From the sequence record NZ_LR134445.1: a stretch of DNA of 64,000 bases. One strand, written 5' to 3'. The stretch is from a plasmid. Of the stretch, positions 26,962 through 34,912 are shown piece by piece (positions within the stretch are counted from its first letter, which is position 1; every line of letters starts with the position of its first letter). The translations under genes were made by a program, and so were the position numbers. A model generated the notes under the pieces. That model was not told the DNA's origin. It searched no databases and was given only the letters and a program-made list of their open reading frames with translations.

Positions 26962-29900
26962 ATGGCACTGTTCCTGTACCGGCTGGGGAGGTTCGCCTAC
27001 CTCAACCGCTTCAAAGTCATCGTGGCGTGGCTGCTGATCTTCGCCGGCATGCTCACCGGCGGCGCGCTTCTCAAGGGCGCCACGGTCGACAACTTCTCCC
27101 TGCCGGGTCTTCCCTCGGCGAAGGCGACGGACATCGTCTCCGAGAACTTCGGCGACAGCGGCGGCGACCCGTTCACCACCGCCTCGGCGACCATCGTCTT
27201 CCACACCAAGGACGGCAAGCTCACCGATCCGGCGGCCGCGGCGGGCATCGACCGCACGATCGCCGACCTCAAGAACCTCACCAAGGACCAGGACGGCCGT
27301 CAGGTCTCCGTGGTCCAGGATCCGGAGCTCCTGCACAACCCGACGGGCAAGCTGGACACCGACGCGCTGACGCCGGAGCAGCGCTCGAAGCTCGAGGCGG
27401 TCGCGGCGCAGGGCAAGGACATCGCGTCGACCAAGACGCAGGCGCAGAAGGACGCCGACGCGGCGGCCACCTCGTCGGTGAGCCCCGACGGCAAGACCGC
27501 CAAGATCACGGTCGACTTCGTCGGCAAGGTCACGGAGCTGCCGGACACCCTGTCCGAGGACATCAAGAAGGCCCGCGAGGCCGGCGAGGCCGCGTCGAAC
27601 GGCACGCTGCAGGTCGAGGCCGACGGTTCCGCCGCCCGCGGTGCCGAGGACATGGGCATGACCAGCGAGATCATCGGCATGATCGTCGCGGCGATCGTCC
27701 TGATCATCACCTTCGCCTCGCTCGTCGCCTGGGGCCTGCCGCTGCTGAACGCGATCATCGCGGTCCCGGTGGCCATCGGCGGCGTCATGATCGCCTCGCA
27801 CTTCATCGAGCTCGGCACCTTCCCCACGGTCCTGACCTCGATGATCGGCCTGGCCGTCACCATCGACTACGCGCTGTTCATCGTGTCCCGGTACCGGCAC
27901 GAACTGCGGCGCCTCGGCGCCACCACCAAGGAGCAGCGGGCCGAGGCCGCGGGCATCGCCGTCGGCACCGCCGGCACCGCCGTGATCTTCGCCGGCCTGA
28001 CGGTGATCATCGCGCTCGCCGCGCTCGCCTTCATCGGCATGGACTTCCTCGGTCAGATGGGCGTCGCCGCCGCGTGGGGCGTGTTCATCGCCGTCATCGT
28101 GGCGCTGACGCTGCTCCCGGCCCTGCTGGGCCTGTTCGGCTCCAAGGTCTTCGCCGGCCGGGTCAAGGGCCTGCATCCGCAGGACACGGACCAGGGCGAG
28201 GGCCGCGTCGCCAACGGCCTGCGCTGGGCCAACCTGGTCAAGAAGGTTCCCGTCGTGACCCTCGTCGCGGGCGTCGCCATCCTCGGCATCCTCGCCATCC
28301 CGATGAAGGACATGAAGACCGCCCTGCCCGGCTCGGGCATGAGCGAGAAGAGCACGTCGGAGCGCCAGGCCTACGACCTCATCTCCGACGCCTGGGGCAA
28401 GGGCGCCAACGGCACCCTCCTCGTCGCGGTCGACGGTGCCGGGGCCCAGCCGAACCAGCGCCTGGGCGCCTACAAGCAGATCGTCGACCAGCTCAACACC
28501 AACCCCAACATCGCGCCGCTCATCGCGAACGCGCAGCTCGCCCAACTCGCGCAGGACAACAAGGCCGCCACCATCATGGTGACGCCCAAGTCCGGCCCGA
28601 ACGACGACGACACCAAGACGCTGGTCACCAAGCTCCGCACCATGACCAACGGTGACGCCGGCACGAAGGCGCGGCTCGGCGTGGACCTCGGCGTCGCGGG
28701 CAGCACGGCCATCGAGATGGACATCTCGGAGAAACTCGGCGACGCGCTGTGGATCTACCTCGGAATCGTCGTGGGTCTGGCGTTCCTGCTGCTGCTCGTC
28801 GCCTTCCGCTCGATCCTGGTGCCGCTCACCGCGGTTCTGGGCTTCCTGCTGTCCGTCGTCGCCACGTTCGGCGTCACCTCCGCGATCTTCACCGACGGTG
28901 CCCTCGGCCTCATCGACAACACGCAGCCGCTGGTCTCGTTCCTGCCGATCTTCCTGATCGGCATCGTCTTCGGCCTCGCGATGGACTACCAGGTCTTCCT
29001 CGTCTCCCGGATGCGCGAGGAGTTCGTGCACACCGGCGACGCCACACAGTCCGTGGTGACGGGCGTGCAGTACGGCGCCCGTGTGGTGACCGCCGCTGCG
29101 ATCATCATGATCTCGGTCTTCGCCTCGTTCATCCTCAACGAGCAGGTCTTCATCAAGGAGATCGGCTTCGGCCTCGCCGCGGCCGTGCTGCTCGACGCCT
29201 TCGTCGTGCGGATGGTCCTGATCCCGTCGGTGATGATGCTGCTCGGCAAGTGGGCGTGGTGGCTGCCGAAGTGGCTCGACAAGATCCTGCCGAACGTCGA
29301 CATCGAGGGCGAGGCGCTCGTCGCCCAGCTCGGCCGCGGCGACGCGAACGCCGATACCGCCGCGATCCCCGCGCCGATCACGGCCGAGATCCCGGTGCCC
29401 ACCGAGCAGCTCGTGGCCGCCGGTGCGACCGATGTCCACGCCCGCGGCAAGGCGCGCGTCGAGCACGCCGGCGTGAACGGCCACACCAACGGCACCACCA
29501 ACGGTGCCGCCCACGGTGCCGAGCTCCCGACGGCCGCCCCGACGGTGCCCGTGCCGCTGCCCCTCGGCAAGGACGACGAGCACGTCACGGAGCAGGCACC
29601 GGTGTACGCGGACACGGAGCAGGTCGCCACGGCGGAGGCGGACGCGGCGGAGGCCGGCGCACCGGACACCGCCGAGTACCCGGTCGCGCGTCCGGGCGTC
29701 CCGCGCCCCGACCAGACCGCGACGGGCCCGATCCGCCCGCGCGACCGGACCCGCGACGAGATCGCGCAGCTGCGCGAGCAGAACAAGGCGATCGCGGCGG
29801 AGCTCAGCGCGCTGCGCTCTGACTACCGGTCGATGGCCAGCCGCACGCGACTGCAGAGCGAGCACATCAGCGATCCCACGCGGTTCGAGATCGAGGGTCG

Positions 29901-31134
29901 CCTCGAGGGGCCCGACGGTCCGCTCGGCCGCGCCGGCCGGCTGCTCACGCCGCACGGCGAGATGCTCACCCCCGCGTTCATCCCCGTCGGCACCAAGGCG
30001 ACGGTGAAGACCGTACTGCCCGAGGCGGTCTCGGAGCTGGGCGCGCAGGCGGTGCTGGCGAACGCCTACCACCTGTACCTGCAGCCCGGACCGGAGATCG
30101 TGGAGCAGGCCGGCGGCCTCGGCGCGTTCATGAACTGGGACGGTCCCACCTTCACCGATTCCGGTGGCTTCCAGGTGATGTCGCTCGGGTCGGGGTTCAA
30201 GAAGGTCATCGACATGACCGGCGGCGAGGAACTGCAGGGCGACGACGCGATCGCCGAGGGCAAGGACCGTCTCTCCCGCGTCGACGACGACGGCGTGACC
30301 TTCCTCAGCCACCTCGACGGCACCGAGCACCGGTTCACTCCGGAGCGGTCGATGCAGATCCAGCACCAGCTCGGCGCCGACGTGATCTTCGCGTTCGACG
30401 AGCTGACCACCCTGCACAACACCCGCGCGTACCAGGTGGAGTCGCTGGAGCGGACCCGCCTGTGGGCGCGGCGCTGCCTCTCCGAGCACAACTGGCTCAC
30501 CGCGCAGCGGCACGATGCGATCTCGCTGTGGGGCGTCGTGCAGGGCGCGCAGTACGAGGACCTGCGCCGCAAGGCCGCCCGCGACCTGCGGGCGCTGAGC
30601 GAGGAGGACCGGTTCTCCGGCGGCCTCGGCTTCGGCGGCTACGGCATCGGCGGGGCGCTGGAGAAGGCGAACCTGTCGACCATCGTGCGCTGGGTGAACC
30701 AGGAGCTCGAGGAGGACAAGCCGAAGCACCTGCTGGGCATCTCCGAGCCGGACGACATCTTCGCCGCGGTGGAGCAGGGCATCGACACGTTCGACTGCGT
30801 CTCCCCGTCGCGGGTGGCCCGCAACGGCGCGATCTACTCGCTCGACGGCCGCTACAACGTGACCAATTCGCGGTTCAAGACGGACTTCCGCCCGCTGGAC
30901 CCGGACACGCAGAACTACACCTCGCAGTACACCCGCGCGTACATCCATCACCTGTTCAAGGCGAAGGAGGGCCTCGCGGCCACGCTGTGCACCATCCATA
31001 ACGAGCAGTTCGTCGTCTCCCTGGTCGCGAAGATCCGGCAGTCGATGATCGACGGGACGTACTGGGACTTCAAGGAGGAGTTCCTGGGGCGCTACTACAA
31101 GGGCACCCAGCAGCACCTCGCCAAGTCCGACTAG
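26962..31134 (+). CDS. MmpL-family RND transporter fused in-frame to a C-terminal TGT-like (queuine tRNA-ribosyltransferase fold) domain, ~1390 aa
   Basis: Single stop-free ORF (track 26794..31134). Residues 1-~780 have 12 TM helices and two periplasmic loops typical of MmpL. A GC3-biased Ala/Pro/Thr-rich linker with a heptad-like segment (DEIAQLREQNKAIAAELSALRSDY) follows. The last ~420 aa carry TGT motifs: TPAFIPVGT, ANAYHLYLQPG, TDSGGFQ, LGADVIFAFDE, WGVVQGAQYEDLR, GIDTFDCV, RAYIHHL. Confidence 0.8.
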   Translation: MALFLYRLGRFAYLNRFKVIVAWLLIFAGMLTGGALLKGATVDNFSLPGLPSAKATDIVSENFGDSGGDPFTTASATIVFHTKDGKLTDPAAAAGIDRTIADLKNLTKDQDGRQVSVVQDPELLHNPTGKLDTDALTPEQRSKLEAVAAQGKDIASTKTQAQKDADAAATSSVSPDGKTAKITVDFVGKVTELPDTLSEDIKKAREAGEAASNGTLQVEADGSAARGAEDMGMTSEIIGMIVAAIVLIITFASLVAWGLPLLNAIIAVPVAIGGVMIASHFIELGTFPTVLTSMIGLAVTIDYALFIVSRYRHELRRLGATTKEQRAEAAGIAVGTAGTAVIFAGLTVIIALAALAFIGMDFLGQMGVAAAWGVFIAVIVALTLLPALLGLFGSKVFAGRVKGLHPQDTDQGEGRVANGLRWANLVKKVPVVTLVAGVAILGILAIPMKDMKTALPGSGMSEKSTSERQAYDLISDAWGKGANGTLLVAVDGAGAQPNQRLGAYKQIVDQLNTNPNIAPLIANAQLAQLAQDNKAATIMVTPKSGPNDDDTKTLVTKLRTMTNGDAGTKARLGVDLGVAGSTAIEMDISEKLGDALWIYLGIVVGLAFLLLLVAFRSILVPLTAVLGFLLSVVATFGVTSAIFTDGALGLIDNTQPLVSFLPIFLIGIVFGLAMDYQVFLVSRMREEFVHTGDATQSVVTGVQYGARVVTAAAIIMISVFASFILNEQVFIKEIGFGLAAAVLLDAFVVRMVLIPSVMMLLGKWAWWLPKWLDKILPNVDIEGEALVAQLGRGDANADTAAIPAPITAEIPVPTEQLVAAGATDVHARGKARVEHAGVNGHTNGTTNGAAHGAELPTAAPTVPVPLPLGKDDEHVTEQAPVYADTEQVATAEADAAEAGAPDTAEYPVARPGVPRPDQTATGPIRPRDRTRDEIAQLREQNKAIAAELSALRSDYRSMASRTRLQSEHISDPTRFEIEGRLEGPDGPLGRAGRLLTPHGEMLTPAFIPVGTKATVKTVLPEAVSELGAQAVLANAYHLYLQPGPEIVEQAGGLGAFMNWDGPTFTDSGGFQVMSLGSGFKKVIDMTGGEELQGDDAIAEGKDRLSRVDDDGVTFLSHLDGTEHRFTPERSMQIQHQLGADVIFAFDELTTLHNTRAYQVESLERTRLWARRCLSEHNWLTAQRHDAISLWGVVQGAQYEDLRRKAARDLRALSEEDRFSGGLGFGGYGIGGALEKANLSTIVRWVNQELEEDKPKHLLGISEPDDIFAAVEQGIDTFDCVSPSRVARNGAIYSLDGRYNVTNSRFKTDFRPLDPDTQNYTSQYTRAYIHHLFKAKEGLAATLCTIHNEQFVVSLVAKIRQSMIDGTYWDFKEEFLGRYYKGTQQHLAKSD

Positions 31135-31168
31135 CGCGGCGGGGCGGGGCCGGCCGTAGGATTCGGAC

Positions 31169-32158
31169 ATGTCCCACGTGGTGGCGCTGCCCGTCTGCGA
31201 CGGGATGACGATGCTCGAGTACGGCACCGTGCTGGAGGCGCTCAGCTTCGAGTGGAACGACCTCCCCTCGCTCGGCTACGACGTGCGCGGCTGCGGGCCG
31301 GCCGACGGGGTGCGGACGCTCGGCGGCGCGGTGCTGCGGCCGGCGTACGGACTGGACGAGATCGCGGGCGCCGACACCGTCATCATCACGGCCGTGTCGG
31401 ACCCGCGGACCGATTCGAACCCGGAGTGGCACGAGCCGCTGCGCGCGGCTGCGGCGAACGGCGCGCGGATCGTCTCGATCTGCACGGGTGCCTTCGCGCT
31501 CGCGGCGGCCGGCCTGCTCGACGGCCGGCGGGCCACGACGCACTGGCGCCACGCGGGCCTCCTGCAGTTCCGCTTCCCGCGGGTGCACGTCACGCCCTCG
31601 GAGCTCTACATCCAGGACGGCCCGGTGCTCACCGGTGCGGGCTCCGCGGCGGGCCTGGACCTGTGCCTGCACCTGATCCGCTCCGATCACGGGGCCGGCA
31701 CCGCGAATGAGGTGGCCCGCCGCCTCGTCGTCGCGCCGCACCGCGACGGCGATCAGTCGCAGTTCGTCAACATCGACACCCTGCGGCCCGACATGGACAA
31801 GCGCTTCGCCGACTTCCTGCAGGGTCTCGCGCACGGCATCGGCGGCGTCAAGGGGCTCGACGACATGGCGGCCCGCGCGGGCGTCTCCCGCCGCACCCTG
31901 CACCGCCGGTTCCGGCAGTACACCGGCGTCGCACCGCTGGAATGGCTGATGCGGCAACGGGTCTACCGCGCCATGCGGTTGTTGGAGACGACGAACGACT
32001 CCGTCACGGCGATCACCGGCCGCGCGGGTTTCGACGCCGAGGAGACGCTGCGCTACCACTTCAAGCGGCAGACCGGCCTCGCTCCCACCGCCTACCGTGA
32101 GCGCTTCCGCGGCAGCGACGTGGGGCGCAGCTCCGCCCGGACGGTGGCCGGATCTTGA
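31169..32158 (+). CDS. GlxA-type AraC family regulator (DJ-1/PfpI domain + AraC HTH)
   Basis: N-terminal GATase1-like with conserved Cys (IVSICTGAFALAAAG). C-terminal AraC HTH (GVSRRTLHRRFRQYTGVAPLEWLMRQRV...). Confidence 0.85.
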   Translation: MSHVVALPVCDGMTMLEYGTVLEALSFEWNDLPSLGYDVRGCGPADGVRTLGGAVLRPAYGLDEIAGADTVIITAVSDPRTDSNPEWHEPLRAAAANGARIVSICTGAFALAAAGLLDGRRATTHWRHAGLLQFRFPRVHVTPSELYIQDGPVLTGAGSAAGLDLCLHLIRSDHGAGTANEVARRLVVAPHRDGDQSQFVNIDTLRPDMDKRFADFLQGLAHGIGGVKGLDDMAARAGVSRRTLHRRFRQYTGVAPLEWLMRQRVYRAMRLLETTNDSVTAITGRAGFDAEETLRYHFKRQTGLAPTAYRERFRGSDVGRSSARTVAGS

Positions 32159-32215
32159 GGAATTCCGGCACCGCACACCTGGGCGGCGCGGCGCGGCCCG
32201 GATAGCGTTTCGGAC

Positions 32216-32431
32216 ATGAGGATTCAGCAGATGAGGAAGGTCTTCGGCGGCACCCGGGCGGCCCCGACGACGAACCGGACCCTGGGATGGCTGCGGGAGT
32301 TCGCCTCCGGTGTCGCGGCGGGCAACCTCGTCCGGCACGGCGCCGGCGTGCCCGGCGCGCACGACTCGCGGATCTGCGAGCGGCCGCGGCTGGGCCCCGC
32401 TCCCGCTGGGCGGCACGCCTCAGAGCGGTAG
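32216..32431 (+). CDS. Small hypothetical ORF (71 aa), uncertain
   Basis: GC3-biased open frame in the convergent gap, overlaps gluQ 3' end by 12 nt. No homology recognised. Confidence 0.15.
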   Translation: MRIQQMRKVFGGTRAAPTTNRTLGWLREFASGVAAGNLVRHGAGVPGAHDSRICERPRLGPAPAGRHASER

Positions 32432-33277
32432 CGTCCAGGGCTCGCGCGGCAGCCGCGCGGGGTCGAAGTCGTCGAGCATCTCGCGCGGCGTGCGACCGCG
32501 CAGCCCCAGGCTCGCGGCCAACTCGGGGAGCACCACCGCCGGCCCGCCGCGCTCGGCGAGGGTGACGGCACCGTCGCGCTTCGCGAGCCGGACGCCGGTG
32601 GGCCCCAGCACCATCGGCACGTGGGCGTAGGTCGGAGGCGCCCCGCCGAGGAGGGTCGTCAGGTACGCCTGGCGGGGCGCGGAGGAGAGCAGGTCGTCGC
32701 CGCGCACCACCTGGTCGACACCCTGCGCGGCGTCGTCGACCACCACGGCCAGGTTGTAGGCGTACGTCCCGTCGCCCCGTCGCAGCACGACATCGTCCAC
32801 GGCACCGGTGTACTCGCCGTGCAGCAGATCCGTCACGGTGAACGACGGGACCGTCGCGCGCAGGCGCACCGCCGCCGGCCGCTCCCGCCGCCGGACCACC
32901 CGCTCGGCCTCCGTGAGGTCGCGGCAGGTGCCCGGGTACGCGCCCTCCGGCGCGTGCGGCGCCGACGGTGCGGCGAGGATCTCCCGCCGCGTGCAGTAGC
33001 ACTCGTAGACGTCGAGCCGCTCCAGCGCCGCCGCGTAGCGTGCGGTTCGCTCCGACTGCCGCACCGTCTCGCCGTCCCAGTCCAGGCCCAGCGCGGCGAG
33101 GTCGGCGAGCTGTCGCGCCTCGGCACCGTCGGCCGTGCGGCCGGTGTCCAGGTCCTCGACGCGCATCAGGAAGTCCCGCCCCGTCGAGCGGGCGAAGAGC
33201 CAGGCGAGCAGGGCTGTCCGCAGGTTGCCCACGTGCAGGTCGCCCGACGGGCTCGGCGCGTACCGTCCAGCTGTCAC
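32420..33277 (-). CDS. gluQ: Glutamyl-Q tRNA(Asp) synthetase (GluRS-like catalytic-domain paralogue)
   Basis: [19 protein letters not shown] (HIGH-type) motif, Zn-binding Cys cluster (YECYCTRRE...GTC), [14 protein letters not shown] (KMSKS-like), ~285 aa without an anticodon-binding domain. Confidence 0.85.
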   Translation of the reverse strand: MTAGRYAPSPSGDLHVGNLRTALLAWLFARSTGRDFLMRVEDLDTGRTADGAEARQLADLAALGLDWDGETVRQSERTARYAAALERLDVYECYCTRREILAAPSAPHAPEGAYPGTCRDLTEAERVVRRRERPAAVRLRATVPSFTVTDLLHGEYTGAVDDVVLRRGDGTYAYNLAVVVDDAAQGVDQVVRGDDLLSSAPRQAYLTTLLGGAPPTYAHVPMVLGPTGVRLAKRDGAVTLAERGGPAVVLPELAASLGLRGRTPREMLDDFDPARLPREPWTLPL

Positions 33278-33286
33278 CGCCCCAGC

Positions 33287-34258
33287 TTACGAGCGCGCGC
33301 GGGAGAGATTGTCGGCCCAGCGGGCCAGGTGGGCCGTCAGCTCCGCGGGCGCGACGACGGTGACCTCGGCGTCGAGGACGGCGATCGCCATCGCGGGCCA
33401 GTCCAGGGAATCGGCCTCCATCCGCACGACGGTGCCGTCCGGCACCTCCTCGAGGCGCGCGTACCGGCCGATGAGCGGGCGCACGTGCTCGACGGGCGCG
33501 GCCACGCGGAACTCGATCCGATGGGCGGGCGCGCGCTGGCCGACGGACGCGCGCACGTAGGCGGCGGCGTCCTCGGCGGGGAGGTCGCGCGGCCGGAACC
33601 GCACGCCCGTGCTCGACGGTCCGCTGATCCGGTCGAGCCGGAAGCTGCGCCAGTCGTGGCGGTACAGGTCGTAGGCGACGAGGTACCAGCGGCGCCCGAG
33701 CGGCACGAGCCGCATCGGCTCGGCCAGGCGGTCGGTGCGCGCCCCGTCGGCGGCCGTGTAGCCGAACTCGATCCGCTCTTCCGCCCGGCACGCCTCCGCG
33801 AGGCCGGTGAGGACCCGCGGGTCGACGGCGGGCCCGCCGGTCAGGACGGCTGGTTGGGTGACGGCGCCCAACGCCTCGACGCGCTTGCGCAGCCGCGGCG
33901 GCATCACCGCGGCCACCTTGCCCAGCGCGCGCACCGAGGTCTCGGCGATGCCCGCGATCCCGCCCTGCGCCGCGGTCTGCAGGCCGACGGCGATCGCCAC
34001 CGCCTCCTCGTCGTCGAGGACCAGCGGCGGTAGTGCGGCGCCGGCGGCCAGCTGATAGCCGCCGTCGACGCCGCGGGACGCGGAGACGGGGTAGCCGAGG
34101 TCGCGCAGGCGCTCGATGTCGCGCCGCAGGGTGCGCACCGACACCTCGAGCCGGTCGGCCAGCTCGGAGCCCGGCCAGTAGCGGTGGGTCTGCAGGAGGG
34201 ACAGCAGCCGCAGGGTTCGAGAGCTCGTGTTCGCCATGTTTTCCAGTGTGTTCTGCAT
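33287..34258 (-). CDS. WYL-domain transcriptional regulator (HTH + WYL, YafY-like)
   Basis: N-terminal HTH (RTLRLLSLLQTHRYWPGSELADRLEVSVRTLRRDIERL). WYL region (RRWYLVAYD). Confidence 0.75.
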   Translation of the reverse strand: MQNTLENMANTSSRTLRLLSLLQTHRYWPGSELADRLEVSVRTLRRDIERLRDLGYPVSASRGVDGGYQLAAGAALPPLVLDDEEAVAIAVGLQTAAQGGIAGIAETSVRALGKVAAVMPPRLRKRVEALGAVTQPAVLTGGPAVDPRVLTGLAEACRAEERIEFGYTAADGARTDRLAEPMRLVPLGRRWYLVAYDLYRHDWRSFRLDRISGPSSTGVRFRPRDLPAEDAAAYVRASVGQRAPAHRIEFRVAAPVEHVRPLIGRYARLEEVPDGTVVRMEADSLDWPAMAIAVLDAEVTVVAPAELTAHLARWADNLSRARS

Positions 34259-34300
34259 TAAGGACAGAAACTGACACTAATACCTCATAGCCTTCTTCAC

Positions 34301-34831
34301 ATGACCGAGACACAGACCATCTCCGCCGAACGCAACGACATCCTCAGCCTCCTCGCCGAGCGCCGCCACTTCTTGCGTTTCACCGCACAGGGCCTGACCG
34401 ACGAGCAGGCCAACACCCGCAGCACCGTCAGTGAGCTGACCGTGGGCGGCCTCATCAAGCACGTCACCGAGGTCGAGAAGGGATGGCAGGACTTCGCCGT
34501 CGGCAGGCCGCACGCCACCGCCGACATCGACTTCGACAACCCCACCCCCGAGCAGATCGCCGCCTTCCAGGACACCTTCCGGCTGGCGGAGGGCGAGACC
34601 CTGGAGGGCGTGCTCGCCGAGCACGAACGGGTCGCGGCCGCCACCGATGAGCTGGTGCGCACGCTCGACCTCGACGTCGCCTACGAGCTGCCGGAGGCGC
34701 CCTGGCAGCCGCCCGGCGTCTTCTGGACCGTCCGCCGCGTCTTCCTGCACATCGCAGGCGAGACGGCCCACCACTCCGGGCACGCCGACATCATCCGCGA
34801 GACCATCGACGGCCAGAAGAGCATGGGCTGA
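34301..34831 (+). CDS. DinB/DUF664 family (four-helix bundle, mycothiol-dependent enzyme-like) protein
   Basis: 176 aa, HxxxE-like metal site pattern, C-terminal HHSGHADIIRETIDG. Confidence 0.7.
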   Translation: MTETQTISAERNDILSLLAERRHFLRFTAQGLTDEQANTRSTVSELTVGGLIKHVTEVEKGWQDFAVGRPHATADIDFDNPTPEQIAAFQDTFRLAEGETLEGVLAEHERVAAATDELVRTLDLDVAYELPEAPWQPPGVFWTVRRVFLHIAGETAHHSGHADIIRETIDGQKSMG

Positions 34832-34912
34832 ACGACCCTCGGGAGCGGGGCCTCGCGGTGGCGGGGTCCCGCTTACGGCCTTTTGGTCGGTGTCCGCGCC
34901 TAGGATCGAGGC

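Noticed and set aside
24736-26962. Genomic island or prophage at tRNA-Ser(CGA), and likewise at tRNA-Ser(GGA) 42707
   Set aside because: There is no integrase, excisionase, transposase or direct repeat of the tRNA 3' end. Flanking genes are ordinary chromosomal functions.
26880-28655. 591-aa alternative-frame ORF inside the MmpL region
   Set aside because: Arg/Gly-rich shadow frame. The MmpL frame has clear TM and periplasmic domains.
29833-31134. Treating tgt as an independent gene starting at the internal ATG ~29833
   Set aside because: There is no stop codon upstream in frame and the linker has coding-type GC3 bias, so as the sequence stands it is a fusion. Expression from an internal start remains possible and is listed as a check, not a feature.
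32061-34313. 750-aa and 448-aa Arg-rich - strand ORFs (31070..32416, 32061..34313)
   Set aside because: Poly-Arg/Gly translations overlapping well-supported genes (AraC, gluQ, WYL regulator) in other frames.
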